A stretch of DNA of 64,000 nucleotides, from NCBI GenBank assembly GCA_965219955.1, contig OZ244799.1:2176001-2240000 (forward strand), in the 5' to 3' direction. Below are positions 8,836 through 20,330 of this stretch, one piece after another; the first letter of the stretch is position 1; each line of letters opens with the position of its first letter. Below the pieces are notes generated by a model, which was not told the DNA's origin, made no database searches, and saw nothing but the letters and a program-made list of their open reading frames with translations. A program made the translations under genes and the position numbers. The DNA comes from a bacterium (GTDB lineage Bacteria > UBA8248).

Positions 8836-9984
8836 TTATCCCCAAAGAGAACTCAACTTGCCCAGAATGCCCTTTTTTCCGGCTCCGTTTCCCGCGACTC
8901 CTCCAGTCCCGTTTTTCTCCGCCTTCTCACGTTCGATCTCCGACAATTCGCCGAACAGCCTCTCCTCGTCCGACGTCAATCTCGTCGGCGTCCGGACGTG
9001 CACCAGGAACATGTGATCGCCGCGCCCTCTCCTGCCGAGGCGCTGGAATCCCTCGCCCTTGAGTCTCAACACGTCCGAGGACTGCACCCCCTTGGGTATA
9101 TCGAGTTCGGATTCCCCGTAAAGCGTCCGCACCCTCACCGTGTCGCCCAGCGCCGCCTGGGAGAACGAGACGTACACCTCACTCGCCACGTCCGCCCCGT
9201 TGCGCTCGAATTCCTCGTGCGCGAGCAAGGAGACGATGACGAACAAATCGCCCGCCGGCCCGCCCTTGGCGCCCCCCTCTCCCTCTTCGCGAAGACGCAG
9301 CCTGGCGTCCTCGTCCACGCCGGGGGGAATCTTCACCTTCACCTTCCGCTGCTCCAGGCGTCGACCGGCCCCATCGCACTCCACGCAGTGTTCGGTGATT
9401 TGCCTGCCCGCGCCGCCGCAATCCGAGCAAGTGGTGGAATAGGTCATGAAGCCCTGGCGGTAGGACATCTGGCCGCTGCCGCCGCAGGATGGGCACTCTC
9501 GAATCGCATCGGGCGACTTGGCCCCGCTGCCGCCGCAATAGACGCATTCCACGGGGCGCTCGAACTCGATTTCACGCTCGACGCCCGCTGCCGCCTCCTC
9601 GAAAGTCATCTCCATCTGATAGGCGAGGTCACGGCCCTGTCGCGGCCCGTCGCGGCGGGAGCGTCCGCCTGCGAACACGCCGCCGAACAAATCCCCGAAA
9701 ATATCCCCGAACGAGGAGAAGATGTCGTCGAAACTCGAAAACCCCTGATGCCCCATCCCCCGAAGCCCGTCGTGGCCGAAGCGGTCATACGCGCCCCTCT
9801 TCTCGGGCTCGCTCAACACCTGATAGGCCTCGGAGGCTTCCTTGAACGATTCCTCGGCCTTCGCATCGCCGGGGTTGCGATCCGGATGATGCTTCATCGC
9901 CAGCGTACGATACGCCTTCTTGATCTCGGCGTCGCTCGCGCTGCGGTCTACACCCAGCACTTCGTAGTAATCACGCTTGCTCAT
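8836..9984 (-). CDS. dnaJ: Chaperone DnaJ (class A)
   Basis: J domain with HPD, G/F region and four CxxCxGxG zinc-finger repeats. Confidence 0.97.
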   Translation of the reverse strand: MSKRDYYEVLGVDRSASDAEIKKAYRTLAMKHHPDRNPGDAKAEESFKEASEAYQVLSEPEKRGAYDRFGHDGLRGMGHQGFSSFDDIFSSFGDIFGDLFGGVFAGGRSRRDGPRQGRDLAYQMEMTFEEAAAGVEREIEFERPVECVYCGGSGAKSPDAIRECPSCGGSGQMSYRQGFMTYSTTCSDCGGAGRQITEHCVECDGAGRRLEQRKVKVKIPPGVDEDARLRLREEGEGGAKGGPAGDLFVIVSLLAHEEFERNGADVASEVYVSFSQAALGDTVRVRTLYGESELDIPKGVQSSDVLRLKGEGFQRLGRRGRGDHMFLVHVRTPTRLTSDEERLFGELSEIEREKAEKNGTGGVAGNGAGKKGILGKLSSLWG

Positions 9985-10043
9985 GTTTTCCCTTCGTACC
10001 TAAAATCGAAAACACGCGACGATACTATGAGGGCGCATCCGGT

Positions 10044-10751
10044 TCAAGGGCGCGAGTCCGGCCGAGGGCCGGCGTACTTGCCCACCGAGACGCGCGCAGG
10101 CCTCAACACCGCGTCGCCCAGCTTGTAGCCGCAAGCCAGTTCTTCCACCACAAGGCCGTCTAGCGCCTCGTCGTCCACCTCGACCATGCGCACCGCCTCG
10201 TGTTCTTCGGGGTTGAAGGCGGCGCCCATCGCCGGGAGAGGCTCCACCCCGAGATTCGAGAGTTCCTGAAAGAACCGGCCCTGGATCATCCGCACCCCCT
10301 GCACCAGGGTTTCCAGCGCGCCGCCTTTTTCCCCCTGGGAGGTTCCGCTATCGACGGCCGCCGTGGCGCGCGCCAGATCGTCGGCGATGCCCAGAAAGCC
10401 CGAAACCGCCTGTTTTTTCACCTCCTGGGTCCTGCGCTCCATCTCGCGCTCCTGGCGCGCCCTGAAGTCGGCCGTATCCTTGTCGATTCTCTCGACGTAT
10501 TCCTTGAACTTCTCCTCGGCGGCGGCGACCTTCGCCTGGAGCTGTTCCACGTAGGCGGGAACGCGCGGGGTTTCCTCGGCCTCCACGACGCCCTCCTCGC
10601 TCACCTCGCCGTCTTCGCGGACGCGCCGCCTGTCCACGACGCGCGGCTTCTCCTTGGCTTCGGCTTCCGCGTCCACCGGCTCCGAGGCTTCGGCTTCCGC
10701 CTTCGCGCCACCGCCGTTATCCGTCTCGACTTTCACATCCCTGGCTTTCAT
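10044..10751 (-). CDS. grpE: Nucleotide exchange factor GrpE
   Basis: FNPEEHEAV and GYKLGDAVLRPARVSV motifs; located in the dnaK cluster. Confidence 0.93.
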   Translation of the reverse strand: MKARDVKVETDNGGGAKAEAEASEPVDAEAEAKEKPRVVDRRRVREDGEVSEEGVVEAEETPRVPAYVEQLQAKVAAAEEKFKEYVERIDKDTADFRARQEREMERRTQEVKKQAVSGFLGIADDLARATAAVDSGTSQGEKGGALETLVQGVRMIQGRFFQELSNLGVEPLPAMGAAFNPEEHEAVRMVEVDDEALDGLVVEELACGYKLGDAVLRPARVSVGKYAGPRPDSRP

Positions 10752-10772
10752 GAAACGACTACCTCCCGGATC

Positions 10773-11633
10773 CTAGTATCTCATTTCCATCAGCCGCCGA
10801 ATCCGCTCCTCCATCGGCGGGTGCGTGCTGAACAGATTCGCCAGTCCCCCGCCCGAGAGCGGGTTGACGATATACATGTGGGCCGTCGCCTCGCTCGCGC
10901 AGTGGAGCTCCTCGCGGTGGGCGGCCTCGTCCAGTCGATGCAGGGCGTTCGCCAGCCCGACAGGCGTACCCGCGATCTGCGCGCCCGTGGCGTCGGCGAG
11001 ATACTCGCGCGAGCGGCTCACCGCCATCTGGAGCAGCGTCGCCGCAATGGGCGCCACGATGGCGGCGACGATGATGCCCAGCAGGCCGCCGCCACCGCCC
11101 TCCTCGTCGTCGTCCCTGCCGTATGCGCCGAAGAACGCGGCGAACTGCGCCATCTGCGCGAGATACATGATGGCGCCCGCCAGGGAGGCGGCGATGGTGC
11201 TCAGAAGAATGTCGCGGTTCTTGATGTGGGCGAGTTCGTGCGCGGCGACGCCTTCGAGTTCCTCGCGGTTCAAATCGTGCAAAATTCCCTCGGTGAAGGC
11301 GACGGCGGCGTTCTCGGGGTTCCTGCCCGTGGCGAAGGCGTTCGGCGCATCCTCGGGAATGACGTAGACGCGCGGCATGGGCAGGTTCGCGCGGCGGGCG
11401 AGGTCCGCCACCATGCCGTAGAGCTCCGGCGCATGTTCGGGAAGCACCTCGCTCGCGCCCGTGCTGGCGAGAACGATCTTGTCCGAATACCAGTAGCTGT
11501 ACCCGTTGATGCCCACCGCGAGCACCAGGGCGATGACCAGCCCGGTCGTGCCGCCGAGCAGATTGCCGATCAGCAGGATCAGCCCCGTCAGCAGACCGAG
11601 CAGCAAAAAGGATTTTATGGAATTCGTGCTCAC
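10773..11633 (-). CDS. htpX: Zinc metalloprotease HtpX (M48)
   Basis: [24 protein letters not shown] and FSTHPP motifs. Confidence 0.95.
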   Translation of the reverse strand: MSTNSIKSFLLLGLLTGLILLIGNLLGGTTGLVIALVLAVGINGYSYWYSDKIVLASTGASEVLPEHAPELYGMVADLARRANLPMPRVYVIPEDAPNAFATGRNPENAAVAFTEGILHDLNREELEGVAAHELAHIKNRDILLSTIAASLAGAIMYLAQMAQFAAFFGAYGRDDDEEGGGGGLLGIIVAAIVAPIAATLLQMAVSRSREYLADATGAQIAGTPVGLANALHRLDEAAHREELHCASEATAHMYIVNPLSGGGLANLFSTHPPMEERIRRLMEMRY

Positions 11634-12037
11634 AGCCGCCTCCTCCTGACACGCACGAGTTTGGCGGCGACCGAAGGTATCATGGCCTGCATATCGGGCG
11701 TCGCGTTGCTCATCCGCTCGCGCAGGTCCTCGAACGCCCGGCTCTCGATCAACTCCTCGAGTTCGCCCAGACGCTCGAGCGCGCGCATCAGCTTCTCGCG
11801 AAGATCGATGATGACCTGCACGCCCGCCAGGTTCACGCCCATGTCCCTCGTGAGCGCCATGATGACTTCGAGTTGATCGATATCTTCTTCGGAGTAATAG
11901 CGCGTCCCGCCCTCGCTGCGGCCCGGTTCGATGAGACCCTGGCGCTCATACATCCTGAGCGTCTGCTGGTGAATCTCGAACATCTCGGCCACCGCGCTGA
12001 TGGTGTAGCGCCCGTCTCTCACACCTCTACGCGCCAT
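11630..12037 (-). CDS. hspR: MerR-family heat-shock repressor HspR
   Basis: [34 protein letters not shown] and GVNLAGV; directly follows cbpA/dnaJ2. Confidence 0.88.
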   Translation of the reverse strand: MARRGVRDGRYTISAVAEMFEIHQQTLRMYERQGLIEPGRSEGGTRYYSEEDIDQLEVIMALTRDMGVNLAGVQVIIDLREKLMRALERLGELEELIESRAFEDLRERMSNATPDMQAMIPSVAAKLVRVRRRRL

Positions 12038-12092
12038 TATCCTCTCCTGAGCCTCTCGTCATATGTCCGCTCACGCCCACACCCGCCCATCA

Positions 12093-13046
12093 CTACATGC
12101 TCACGCCCGTCATGTTCGCACGCGGCGACGTGGGGTTGCGCCGTTCGAGTTCGCGGACGATCTCCCTGCTCTCCTCATCCATCTGATCGGGCAACAAGAC
12201 CTGGACCCTGACGAACAAATCGCCCTTGCCGGAGGCCTTGAGTTTCGGAGCGCCCTTTCCCGAAAGCCTGAAAACCTGGCCGTTCTGGGTCGAGGGGGGA
12301 ATCGTCATCTTCGTCACCCCCTCGAAGGTGTTGATCTCCACGCGCGCGCCGAGCAGCGCCTCGCCGAGGCTGACGGGAAGCTCCAGATACAGATTATCCC
12401 CCTTGCGCTCGAAGAAGGGGTGTTCGCGCACCTTTGTGACGATGAAGAGGTCCCCCTGCGGCCCTCCGTTCAGCGAGGTTTCCCCCTTGCCCGCCAGGCG
12501 GATGCGCGAGCCGTTCGAGACGCCGGGCGGTATCTTCACCTGAATGCGCTCGGTGGTGTGCTGGATTTTCCCGTTCTCGTTCGTGGTCTTGGGCACGGTG
12601 ATGGTGGTGTTGAGCCCCTTCAGGGAATCGTCGAAACCGATCTCCATCGAGTAGTTCACGTCCTGGCCCTTCCGGGGGGCCTGGGGCTGCGCGTGAAAGC
12701 CGCCGCGCGCCGCACCGCCGCGCGCGCCGCCGAAAATCCCGCCGAAAATATCACCCAGGCCGAATTCGCGCAGGATGTCTTCCATGCCGGGGGGCGCGCC
12801 TTCGCCCCAGGGGCTGCCCCCGCCGAAGGCGGCATGCCCCATCGCGTCGTATTTCCTGCGCTTCTCCGTGTCCGAGAGGACGGCGTAGGCCTCGCTGATC
12901 TCCTTGAAGCGCTCCTCCGCTTTCGCATCCCCCGGGTTGACGTCGGGGTGATACTGGCGCGCCAGCTTCTTGAAAACGCGCTTCAGTTCCGCTTCCGAAG
13001 CGCTACGGTCGATTCCCAGCACCTCGTAATAATCACGCTTGGCCAT
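12093..13046 (-). CDS. cbpA: DnaJ class B / CbpA-like co-chaperone
   Basis: J domain with HPD and DnaJ C-terminal domain, no zinc fingers. Confidence 0.85.
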   Translation of the reverse strand: MAKRDYYEVLGIDRSASEAELKRVFKKLARQYHPDVNPGDAKAEERFKEISEAYAVLSDTEKRRKYDAMGHAAFGGGSPWGEGAPPGMEDILREFGLGDIFGGIFGGARGGAARGGFHAQPQAPRKGQDVNYSMEIGFDDSLKGLNTTITVPKTTNENGKIQHTTERIQVKIPPGVSNGSRIRLAGKGETSLNGGPQGDLFIVTKVREHPFFERKGDNLYLELPVSLGEALLGARVEINTFEGVTKMTIPPSTQNGQVFRLSGKGAPKLKASGKGDLFVRVQVLLPDQMDEESREIVRELERRNPTSPRANMTGVSM

Positions 13047-13070
13047 ACCATCCTCATCCGGGCAGGACGC

Positions 13071-14987
13071 TCAGGGCTTGTCCTTGTCCACTTCCTCGAA
13101 CTCTGCATCCACGACGTCGCCCGCGGGCGCGCCGTTCTCACCGCCGCCGGATTCCGGGGCGTCGGCGGCGCCGTCCGCCTGGCTCGCCTGCTCGTACATC
13201 GCCTGCGCGAGCTTGTGCGAGGCCGCCTCGAGTTTTTCCTGCGCTTCTTTTATCTCATCCACCGTCGCGTCCTCTTTCTCCAGAACCGCCCGGAGCGCGG
13301 CGATGGCGTCTTCTATCTCTTTCTTGTCCTCGGCGGAAACCTTCTCTTCGTTCTCCTTGAGCATCTTCTCCGTGCTGTAGGCCATGCTGTCGGCCATGTT
13401 TCTCGCCTCGACGGCCTCGCGCCGCTTCTTGTCCTCCTCGGCGTGTTCATCCGCCTCGGACACCATGTTGTTGATCTCCTCCTCGGAGAGGCCGCTCGAA
13501 CTCGTGATGGTGATCGCCTGCTCCTTGCCGGTGCCCAGGTCCTTGGCGGAGACGTTCACGATGCCGTTGGCGTCGATGTCGAACGTCACCTCGATCTGGG
13601 GAACGCCCCGGGGCGCTGCGGGAATGCCGACGAGATGGAACTTGCCCAGCGAGCGGTTGCCCGAGGCCATCTCGCGCTCGCCTTGTAAGACGTGCACTTC
13701 GACGGAGGGCTGGTTGTCCGCCGCGGTGGAGAAGGTCTCGCTCTTCTTGACGGGTATCGTCGTGTTGCGCTCGATAAGCTTGGTGGACACGCCGCCCAGC
13801 GTCTCGATACCCAGGGAAAGCGGGGTGACGTCCAGCAGCAGCACGTCCTTGACGTCTCCGGCGAGCACGCCGCCCTGCACGCCCGCGCCGACCGCCACGA
13901 CCTCGTCGGGGTTCACGCCCTTGTGGGGCTCTTTTCCGAAAAATTTCTCCACCGTCTCCTGCACGAGCGGCATCCGCGTGGAGCCGCCCACCAGCACGAC
14001 TTCGTCGATGTCGCCGGGCTGGACCTTGGCGTCATCGAGCGCGCGGCGGCAGGGAGCCAGCGTCTTTTCGACAAGATCGCCGGTCAGCTGCTCGAGCTTC
14101 GCGCGCGTGAGCTTCAGGTTCAGGTGCTTGGGGCCCGAGGCGTCCGCCGTGATGAAGGGCAGGTTGATGGTCGTCTCCATCGAACTCGACAGCTCGATCT
14201 TCGCCTTTTCGGATTCCTCGCGCAGGCGCTGAAGCGCCATCGGGTCGCCCGAGATGTCGATGCCCTGATCCTTCTTGAACTCCTCGGCCATCCACTCGAT
14301 GATCCGGTGGTCGATGTTGTCGCCGCCCAGGTGCGTATCGCCGTTCGTGGCCTTCACCTCGACCACGTTGTCCCCCACCTCGAGGATGGAGATGTCGAAC
14401 GTGCCGCCGCCGAAGTCGTAGACCGCGATGGTCTGATCCGCCTTCTTGTCGAGCCCGTAGGCGAGGGCGGCGGCCGTCGGCTCGTTGATGATGCGCTGGA
14501 CGTTGAGACCTGCGATTTTTCCGGCGTCCTTCGTCGCCTGGCGCTGGCTGTCGTTGAAATACGCGGGCACCGTGACGACCGCCTCGGTCACCTGCTCGCC
14601 CAGGTAGTCCTCCGCGGCCTGCTTGAGCTTTTGCAGCACGCTCGCCGAAATCTCGGGCGGGGCGTGTTCCTTGCCGTCGATTTTGATGCGCGCGTCGCCG
14701 CTGTCCGACTTCACGACCTCATACGGCACGATGGTGACTTCCTCAGGCACCTCGGCGAATCGCCGGCCCATGAAGCGTTTTGCGGAATAAATGGTCTTGG
14801 TGGGGTTGGTCACCGCCTGGCGTTTGGCCACGAGGCCGACGAGCTTCTCGCCGTCGTCGGTGAACGCCACGACGCTGGGCGTCGTGCGGTTGCCTTCCTG
14901 GTTGGCGATGACCGTAGGCTGCCCACCTTCCATGACCGAGACGACCGAGTTGGTGGTGCCCAAATCAATTCCGATTACCTTCGACAT
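13071..14987 (-). CDS. dnaK: Chaperone DnaK
   Basis: [18 protein letters not shown] and VGGSTRMP motifs; AAGGAG RBS. Confidence 0.99.
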   Translation of the reverse strand: MSKVIGIDLGTTNSVVSVMEGGQPTVIANQEGNRTTPSVVAFTDDGEKLVGLVAKRQAVTNPTKTIYSAKRFMGRRFAEVPEEVTIVPYEVVKSDSGDARIKIDGKEHAPPEISASVLQKLKQAAEDYLGEQVTEAVVTVPAYFNDSQRQATKDAGKIAGLNVQRIINEPTAAALAYGLDKKADQTIAVYDFGGGTFDISILEVGDNVVEVKATNGDTHLGGDNIDHRIIEWMAEEFKKDQGIDISGDPMALQRLREESEKAKIELSSSMETTINLPFITADASGPKHLNLKLTRAKLEQLTGDLVEKTLAPCRRALDDAKVQPGDIDEVVLVGGSTRMPLVQETVEKFFGKEPHKGVNPDEVVAVGAGVQGGVLAGDVKDVLLLDVTPLSLGIETLGGVSTKLIERNTTIPVKKSETFSTAADNQPSVEVHVLQGEREMASGNRSLGKFHLVGIPAAPRGVPQIEVTFDIDANGIVNVSAKDLGTGKEQAITITSSSGLSEEEINNMVSEADEHAEEDKKRREAVEARNMADSMAYSTEKMLKENEEKVSAEDKKEIEDAIAALRAVLEKEDATVDEIKEAQEKLEAASHKLAQAMYEQASQADGAADAPESGGGENGAPAGDVVDAEFEEVDKDKP

Positions 14988-15097
14988 CAATCTTTCTCCT
15001 TATCCAAACGAGAATTATATATTAGAGTTGATGACTTCCCTGCCGATCAATTCATATTTCCCTCTACCAAACGACTCTCCCGTGCCTGGTTTTTTTC

Positions 15098-15356
15098 ACT
15101 CCCCCCTTGAGGGGGTTGTTGAAAAAGTCCCCCTGGGGAGGGAGAGAACCCCGATCATCGAATTGTTCATCGTAGGGACAGGCCTCCGTGGTTGTCCTTC
15201 GTCAGGACAGGCACGGAGGCCTGTCCCTACAAAACCATCGCGCCTGCGCCGCGGGAACCTCCACGCCGCCTGCCCCGAAACAGGGCTTCTTCAACAACCC
15301 CAAATGCGGCCCCTACAAAACCGAACCCTCCTTCCGCGGGTTTTTCTACAACCCCG
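15098..15356. repeat. Wrapper element with a GTAG REP doublet between clpB and dnaK
   Basis: CACTCCCCCCTTGAGGGGGTTGTTGAAAAAG (15098-15127) ... CTTCTTCAACAACCCC (to 15301). Doublet GTAGGGACAGGCC...GGCCTGTCCCTAC at 15172-15230. Followed by a half REP and a second degenerate end. Confidence 0.85.
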
Positions 15357-15369
15357 CATCCAAAAGGGT

Positions 15370-18000
15370 TCAAGTCCTCACCGCTTCGGCTTCCATGAGT
15401 ACGGCGAAGGTGAGCGCATCCGCTCCCTCCGGGTGGTCCGCCTCCACGGTTTCTCCGGTTTCGAATTCTCCGGCGAGGAGCTTCCTGCTGAGCGGGTTCA
15501 TCACATAAGTCTGGATCGCCCGCTTGAGCGGCCGCGCCCCGTAGACGGGGTCGTAGCCGCGCCCGGCCAGGAAGCTCCTGGCGGCGTCCGTGAGACGCAG
15601 CCTGATCTTCTGCGCTTCCAGGCGTTTTTCGAGTTCTCGCAACTGGATCTCCACGATCTCCGCGATCTGCTCCTTCGTGAGCGCGCGGAAAACGATGATC
15701 TCATCCACCCGGTTCAGGAACTCGGGCCGGAACACCCGGCCAAGCGACGCGAGCAATCCGTTGGACTTGTCGATTTCCTGTATACCGCCTCCGCCGAAGC
15801 CGATCTCGTTTCGCGAAAGCTCCTCGGTGCCCACGTTGCTCGTCATGATGATGACGGCGTTCCGGAAATCGACCGTGCGGCCGTGCCCGTCCGTGAGCCT
15901 CCCGTCATCGAGCAGTTGCAGGAGCAGGTTGAAGGTCTCGGGGTACGCCTTTTCGATCTCGTCCAGCAGCACCACGGAGTAAGGCTTCCTGCGGACGGCC
16001 TCGGTGAGTTGCCCCCCCTCCTCGTAGCCGACGTATCCGGGAGGCGCGCCGATGAGCCTGGCGACGGCGTGTTTTTCCATGTATTCGCTCATGTCCACGC
16101 GAACTATCGCCGACTCGTCGTCGAACAGGAACTCCGCGAGGGCGCGGGCGAGTTCGGTCTTGCCCACGCCGGTGGGGCCCAGGAAGATGAAGGAGCCGAT
16201 GGGCCGGTTCTCGTCCATGATGCCCGCGCGGGCGCGGCGCACGGCTTCGGAGAGGGCTTCCACCGCCCTGTCCTGGCCCACGACGCGCCTGTGGATGTTC
16301 TCCTCCATGCGCAGGAGCTTCTCCCGCTCCGTCTCCAGGAGCCTGCTCACGTTGATGCCCGTCCAGCGGCTCACGACGGCGGCCACGTCGTCCTCGGTGA
16401 TCTCTTCTTTCAACATGCGGCTGTTGGTTCTCTTTTCGAGTTCTTCTTCCGCCTGGGCCATTTCCTTCTCGGCCGCGATAATCCCGCCGTAGCGGAGCTC
16501 CGCCGCCCGGCCCAGATCGCCCTCGCGCTCGGCGCGCTGGGCTTCGGCCTTCATCGCCTCGACGCGCTCCTTGAGTTCGCGCACCCGCGATATGTCCTCT
16601 TTCTCTTCCGCCCATTTGCTTCTCTGCGCCCTGCTCTGCTCATCGAGAGAGGGTATCTGTTCGCGTATCTGTGAAAGACGCTCCCGGCTCCCCTCGTCCT
16701 GCTCGCCTTCGAGGGCGCGCTCCTCGATCCGCAGGCGGAGGAGTTCGCGCTCCTGCCGGTCGATGTCCTTGGGCAGGCTGTCCAGTTCGAGCCGCAGGCC
16801 GCTCGCGGCCTCGTCTATCAGGTCGATGGCCTTGTCCGGCAGATGGCGGTCGCTGATGTAGCGATGCGAGAGCGCGACGGCGGCGACCAGGGCGTTGTCC
16901 AGAATGCGGACGCCGTGGTGAATCTCGTATTTCTCCTTGAGACCCCGCAGGATGGAGACGGCGTCCTCCATGTTCGGCTCGTCCACCATCACCGGCTGAA
17001 AGCGCCGCTCGAGCGCCGCGTCCTTCTCGATGTGTTTCCGGTATTCATCGAGCGTGGTGGCGCCCACGCAGTGGAGTTCCCCCCGGGCGAGGGCCGGCTT
17101 CAGGAGGTTCGAGGCGTCCACCGCCCCCTCCGCGGCGCCCGCGCCCACGACGGTGTGAAGCTCGTCGATGAACAGAACGATCTCGCCCGCCGATTCGCTC
17201 ACTTCCTTCAGCACGGCCTTGAGCCTGTCCTCGAACTCGCCCCGGAACTTCGAGCCCGCGATGAGCGAGCCGATGTCGAGACTGAGCAGGCGCTTACGTT
17301 TAAGGCCTTCCGGCACGTCGCCGTTCACGATGCGCTGGGCGAGCCCCTCGACGATGGCGGTCTTGCCCACGCCGGGGTCGCCGATGAGCACCGGGTTGTT
17401 CTTCGTGCGCCGGGAGAGCACCTGCATGACGCGCCTGATCTCCTCCTCGCGGCCCACGACGGGATCGAGCTTGCCGGAGCGGGCCTGCCCGGTGAGGTCG
17501 ATCGCAAACCGCTCGAGCGCCTGGTAGCGGCTCTCCGCGTTCTGATCGGTGATGCGCTGACTCCCGCGGACCTCCTTGAGCGCTGCGAGGGCGGTCTCCC
17601 GGTCGAGACCGGCCGCGCGCAGGATTTTCCTGACCTCCGCGTCGCCGTTCTCAAGCGCGGCCAGGAGCAGATGCTCGCCGCTCACGTATTCATCGGCCAT
17701 GGCCTTCGCTTCGCGCTGCGCCGCCTGGAAGAGCGTCGCCAGCTCCTGGGTGACATACATGGGGCCGTCGTTTGCGGCGACTTTCGGGAGCTTCTCGAGC
17801 GAAGCTTCGAGTTCGCGGCTCAGGACGTGGACTTTCAGCCCCGCCTTCTCGATCAGGGGCGCAAGCACGCCTTCGGGCTGACTCAGAAGCGCGAGGATGA
17901 CGTGCGCGGGCATGACGCCCTGGTGGCCTCTCGTCTGGGCCGACTCCTGGGCATGCTGGAGGGCCTCTTGCGTCTTGTGGGTGAATTGCTCAAAATTCAT
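15370..18000 (-). CDS. clpB: ATP-dependent chaperone ClpB
   Basis: Two AAA+ modules ([16 protein letters not shown]) with a coiled-coil middle domain. Start MNFEQFTHK at 18000. Confidence 0.98.
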   Translation of the reverse strand: MNFEQFTHKTQEALQHAQESAQTRGHQGVMPAHVILALLSQPEGVLAPLIEKAGLKVHVLSRELEASLEKLPKVAANDGPMYVTQELATLFQAAQREAKAMADEYVSGEHLLLAALENGDAEVRKILRAAGLDRETALAALKEVRGSQRITDQNAESRYQALERFAIDLTGQARSGKLDPVVGREEEIRRVMQVLSRRTKNNPVLIGDPGVGKTAIVEGLAQRIVNGDVPEGLKRKRLLSLDIGSLIAGSKFRGEFEDRLKAVLKEVSESAGEIVLFIDELHTVVGAGAAEGAVDASNLLKPALARGELHCVGATTLDEYRKHIEKDAALERRFQPVMVDEPNMEDAVSILRGLKEKYEIHHGVRILDNALVAAVALSHRYISDRHLPDKAIDLIDEAASGLRLELDSLPKDIDRQERELLRLRIEERALEGEQDEGSRERLSQIREQIPSLDEQSRAQRSKWAEEKEDISRVRELKERVEAMKAEAQRAEREGDLGRAAELRYGGIIAAEKEMAQAEEELEKRTNSRMLKEEITEDDVAAVVSRWTGINVSRLLETEREKLLRMEENIHRRVVGQDRAVEALSEAVRRARAGIMDENRPIGSFIFLGPTGVGKTELARALAEFLFDDESAIVRVDMSEYMEKHAVARLIGAPPGYVGYEEGGQLTEAVRRKPYSVVLLDEIEKAYPETFNLLLQLLDDGRLTDGHGRTVDFRNAVIIMTSNVGTEELSRNEIGFGGGGIQEIDKSNGLLASLGRVFRPEFLNRVDEIIVFRALTKEQIAEIVEIQLRELEKRLEAQKIRLRLTDAARSFLAGRGYDPVYGARPLKRAIQTYVMNPLSRKLLAGEFETGETVEADHPEGADALTFAVLMEAEAVRT

Positions 18001-18157
18001 GGAAGTGTGCTCCGAATTTCCCGGTGGAATTGATGAAAATTTCGATAAATATCGGTAAAATTCGATAAATTTCCACCGTATTTCGATAAATTTCCCGGCG
18101 CCTGAAACCTTGTCAATACCGGAAACCGGAGGCAGCCAAGGCTCATGACGCAAGAAA

Positions 18158-18187
18158 AATATAATATCTTAGTCATTTATTGTCAAG
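18158..18187 (-). promoter_or_regulatory. Sigma70 promoter of clpB overlapped by a HAIR-like (HspR) operator
   Basis: Minus strand TTGACA-N17-TATATT (18186-18181 and 18163-18158). CTTGACA-N7-ACTAAGA resembles the HAIR consensus CTTGAGT-N7-ACTCAAG. Confidence 0.7.
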
Positions 18188-18404
18188 TTTTATGAAATAT
18201 ATCATATATAATTTTAAGATATGCGCCAGAGGGTTTTCTTGCCCGCTCGGGAGGGAAAAAGCGGCTTCATTCATGAACAAGCCTGTATTTCAAAGATATA
18301 TGGGTCTCAAGCCTTTGCAAAAAAGGTGAAAAGGTGTAATATTCCAAGTGTGTTCAGCAGGATAAATCTTAACAGCCCTTATCAAGGTCAAGGAGACACA
18401 GCCG

Positions 18405-18788
18405 ATGTCGGATGGAACGGTCACGCTGTTCGATCAATCCCAAAAGAAACCCCAAGCCCTTGAAGGCATTACGGTTACGCCGCTCGCCAACCAGAAGGTG
18501 AGCGAGATTCTCAAGGCGGAAGGCAAGACCGGCCACGGGCTGCGACTGGCCGTCACCGCCGGCGGCTGCTCGGGTTACAACTACGGCCTCTATTTCGAGG
18601 AATCCGCCAACCCTGAGGATAAAGTGTTCTCCGCCGATAGCTTCGACGTGTTCGTGGACCCCCAGAGCTATCCCGTCATCGCCGGAACGGAAATCGACTT
18701 CGTGGACAGCCTCCAGGGCTCGGGCTTCAAGATCAACAACCCCAACGCCATGAACATGTGCGGTTGCGGAAAATCGTTCACTACGTGA
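18405..18788 (+). CDS. iscA: A-type Fe-S carrier (IscA/ErpA, HesB family)
   Basis: GGCSG...Y and NPNA...CGCGKSF motifs. Confidence 0.93.
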   Translation: MSDGTVTLFDQSQKKPQALEGITVTPLANQKVSEILKAEGKTGHGLRLAVTAGGCSGYNYGLYFEESANPEDKVFSADSFDVFVDPQSYPVIAGTEIDFVDSLQGSGFKINNPNAMNMCGCGKSFTT

Positions 18789-18805
18789 TAAAACAATGCC
18801 TTACG

Positions 18806-18838
18806 AGCCCCGGGCATCACGCGCCCGGGGCTTTTTTT
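18806..18838 (+). terminator. Rho-independent terminator after iscA
   Basis: AGCCCCGGGC-loop-GCCCGGGGCT followed by a T run. Confidence 0.85.
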
Positions 18839-18860
18839 GTGACCAACGAGAGACTTCGCC

Positions 18861-20315
18861 GTGAACCGAAACGATAAGACTTCGGCGTGGCGAGCGCCCG
18901 GGGCCGTCGTCCTCGTCTCCTGCTACGAGTTGGGGCACCAGCCCCTGGCCGTCGCCTCGCCCATGGCCTTTTTGCGCGAGGCGGGCTTCCGGCCCTGGGC
19001 GATGGACATCGCGGCGGAGGATTTCTCGCCCGAAAAAATCGCAAAGGCGAAATTCGTCGGCATCAGCGTACCGATGCACACGGCGCTCAGGCTCGGCGTG
19101 GAGGTGGCGGCGAAAATACGCGAGACGAACCCGGGGTGCCATATCTGCTTCTATGGCCTCTACGGCCTGCTCAACAAGGACTATCTTCTTGAAAACGGGG
19201 GAGATTCGGCGGTCGGCGGCGAGTTCGAACTGCCGCTCGTGAAGCTCGTTCAAGGGCTGTCGCAATCCTCGGAGAAGCTCGACGTTCCCGGCGCGGCCAC
19301 GAGAGAGCACACATCCGGCCCGTATCTCGAAAAAATCCCCCTGCTCAAACCTGACCGGGAAGGATTGCCCGCGCTTCAGGCATACGCCCATCTCGTGAAG
19401 GAGGGGCAGCATTATCCTGCGGGAGCCGTCGAGGCGAGCCGCGGCTGCAAGCACTTGTGCCTCCATTGCCCCATTCCGCCGGTTTACGAGGGCCGCTTCT
19501 TCGTCGTGCCCCAGGAGAAGGTTCTGGAAGACATCGAAGACCTGGCGGCGCAAGGCGCGCGCCACATCACCTTTGCGGACCCGGATTTCCTGAACGGGCC
19601 ATCGCATGCGCAAAGGGTCACCCGCGCCATGCACGAGAGGTTTCCCTCGCTCACATTCGACTTTACGGCCAAGGTCGAGCACCTCATCAAGCACGAGGCG
19701 CTTCTGGCGGAGTTCGCAGAATACGGATGCGCGTTTTTCGTCACAGCGGTTGAATCTTTGAGCGACATCGTCCTTGGCCATCTGGTGAAAGGACACAACC
19801 GGGAAGACGTCTTCCGCCTGGTGAAAGCCGCCCGGGAGGCGCGCGTTTCCATCCGGCCGTCTCTGGTCGCATTCACGCCGTGGACTACTGCACAGGATTA
19901 TTTCGATCTGCTTGATTTTATTGAAGAATACGCACTAATCGACGAGGTCGACCCGATTCAGATGGCCATCCGGCTGCTGGTGCCGCCGGGCTCCCATTTG
20001 CTCGAATCACCCCACATGACGAGATACATCACCGGACTCGACGCCGAGAATTTCATCTACCGCTGGGAGCATCCGGACGCGAGAATGGACAAGCTGCACG
20101 AGGAGGCGCTCTTCCTCGCCGAAGATGCGGCAGCGCGCCAGGAGGACGCCGCCGTGACTTTTTCCAGGATTCGCGAATTGGCGGCCGATATTCTCGAACG
20201 CCCCGATCAGGCGCAGCCAAAGGCCGCCTTCGCGCCCGACCGAATCCGCCCGCCTCGCCTGACCGAATCGTGGTTCTGCTGAGCGGAGCCCACCCAGGGC
20301 CAGTTGGCCCTCTGA
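18861..20315 (+). CDS. B12-binding-like radical SAM selenoprotein with CUAEP tail (Sec at UGA 20280-20282)
   Basis: CxxxCxxC (CKHLCLHC) after a B12-binding-like N-terminal domain. Reading through TGA gives ...TESWFC-U-AEPTQGQLAL*, matching the CUAEP/CCAEP-tail radical SAM family. SECIS-like hairpin AGGGCC-AGTT-GGCCCT begins 13 nt after the UGA. Confidence 0.9.
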
Positions 20316-20330
20316 GCCACCGGATACGAC

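Noticed and set aside
8425-18033. Long plus-strand ORFs opposite dnaJ, htpX, dnaK and clpB, and similar shadows opposite valS, ffh and pyc
   Set aside because: These are antisense shadow frames expected from high-GC codon bias opposite well-conserved genes.
18405-18788. HesB-like selenoprotein
   Set aside because: All three conserved positions are Cys codons, and the terminal TGA is immediately followed by TAA.
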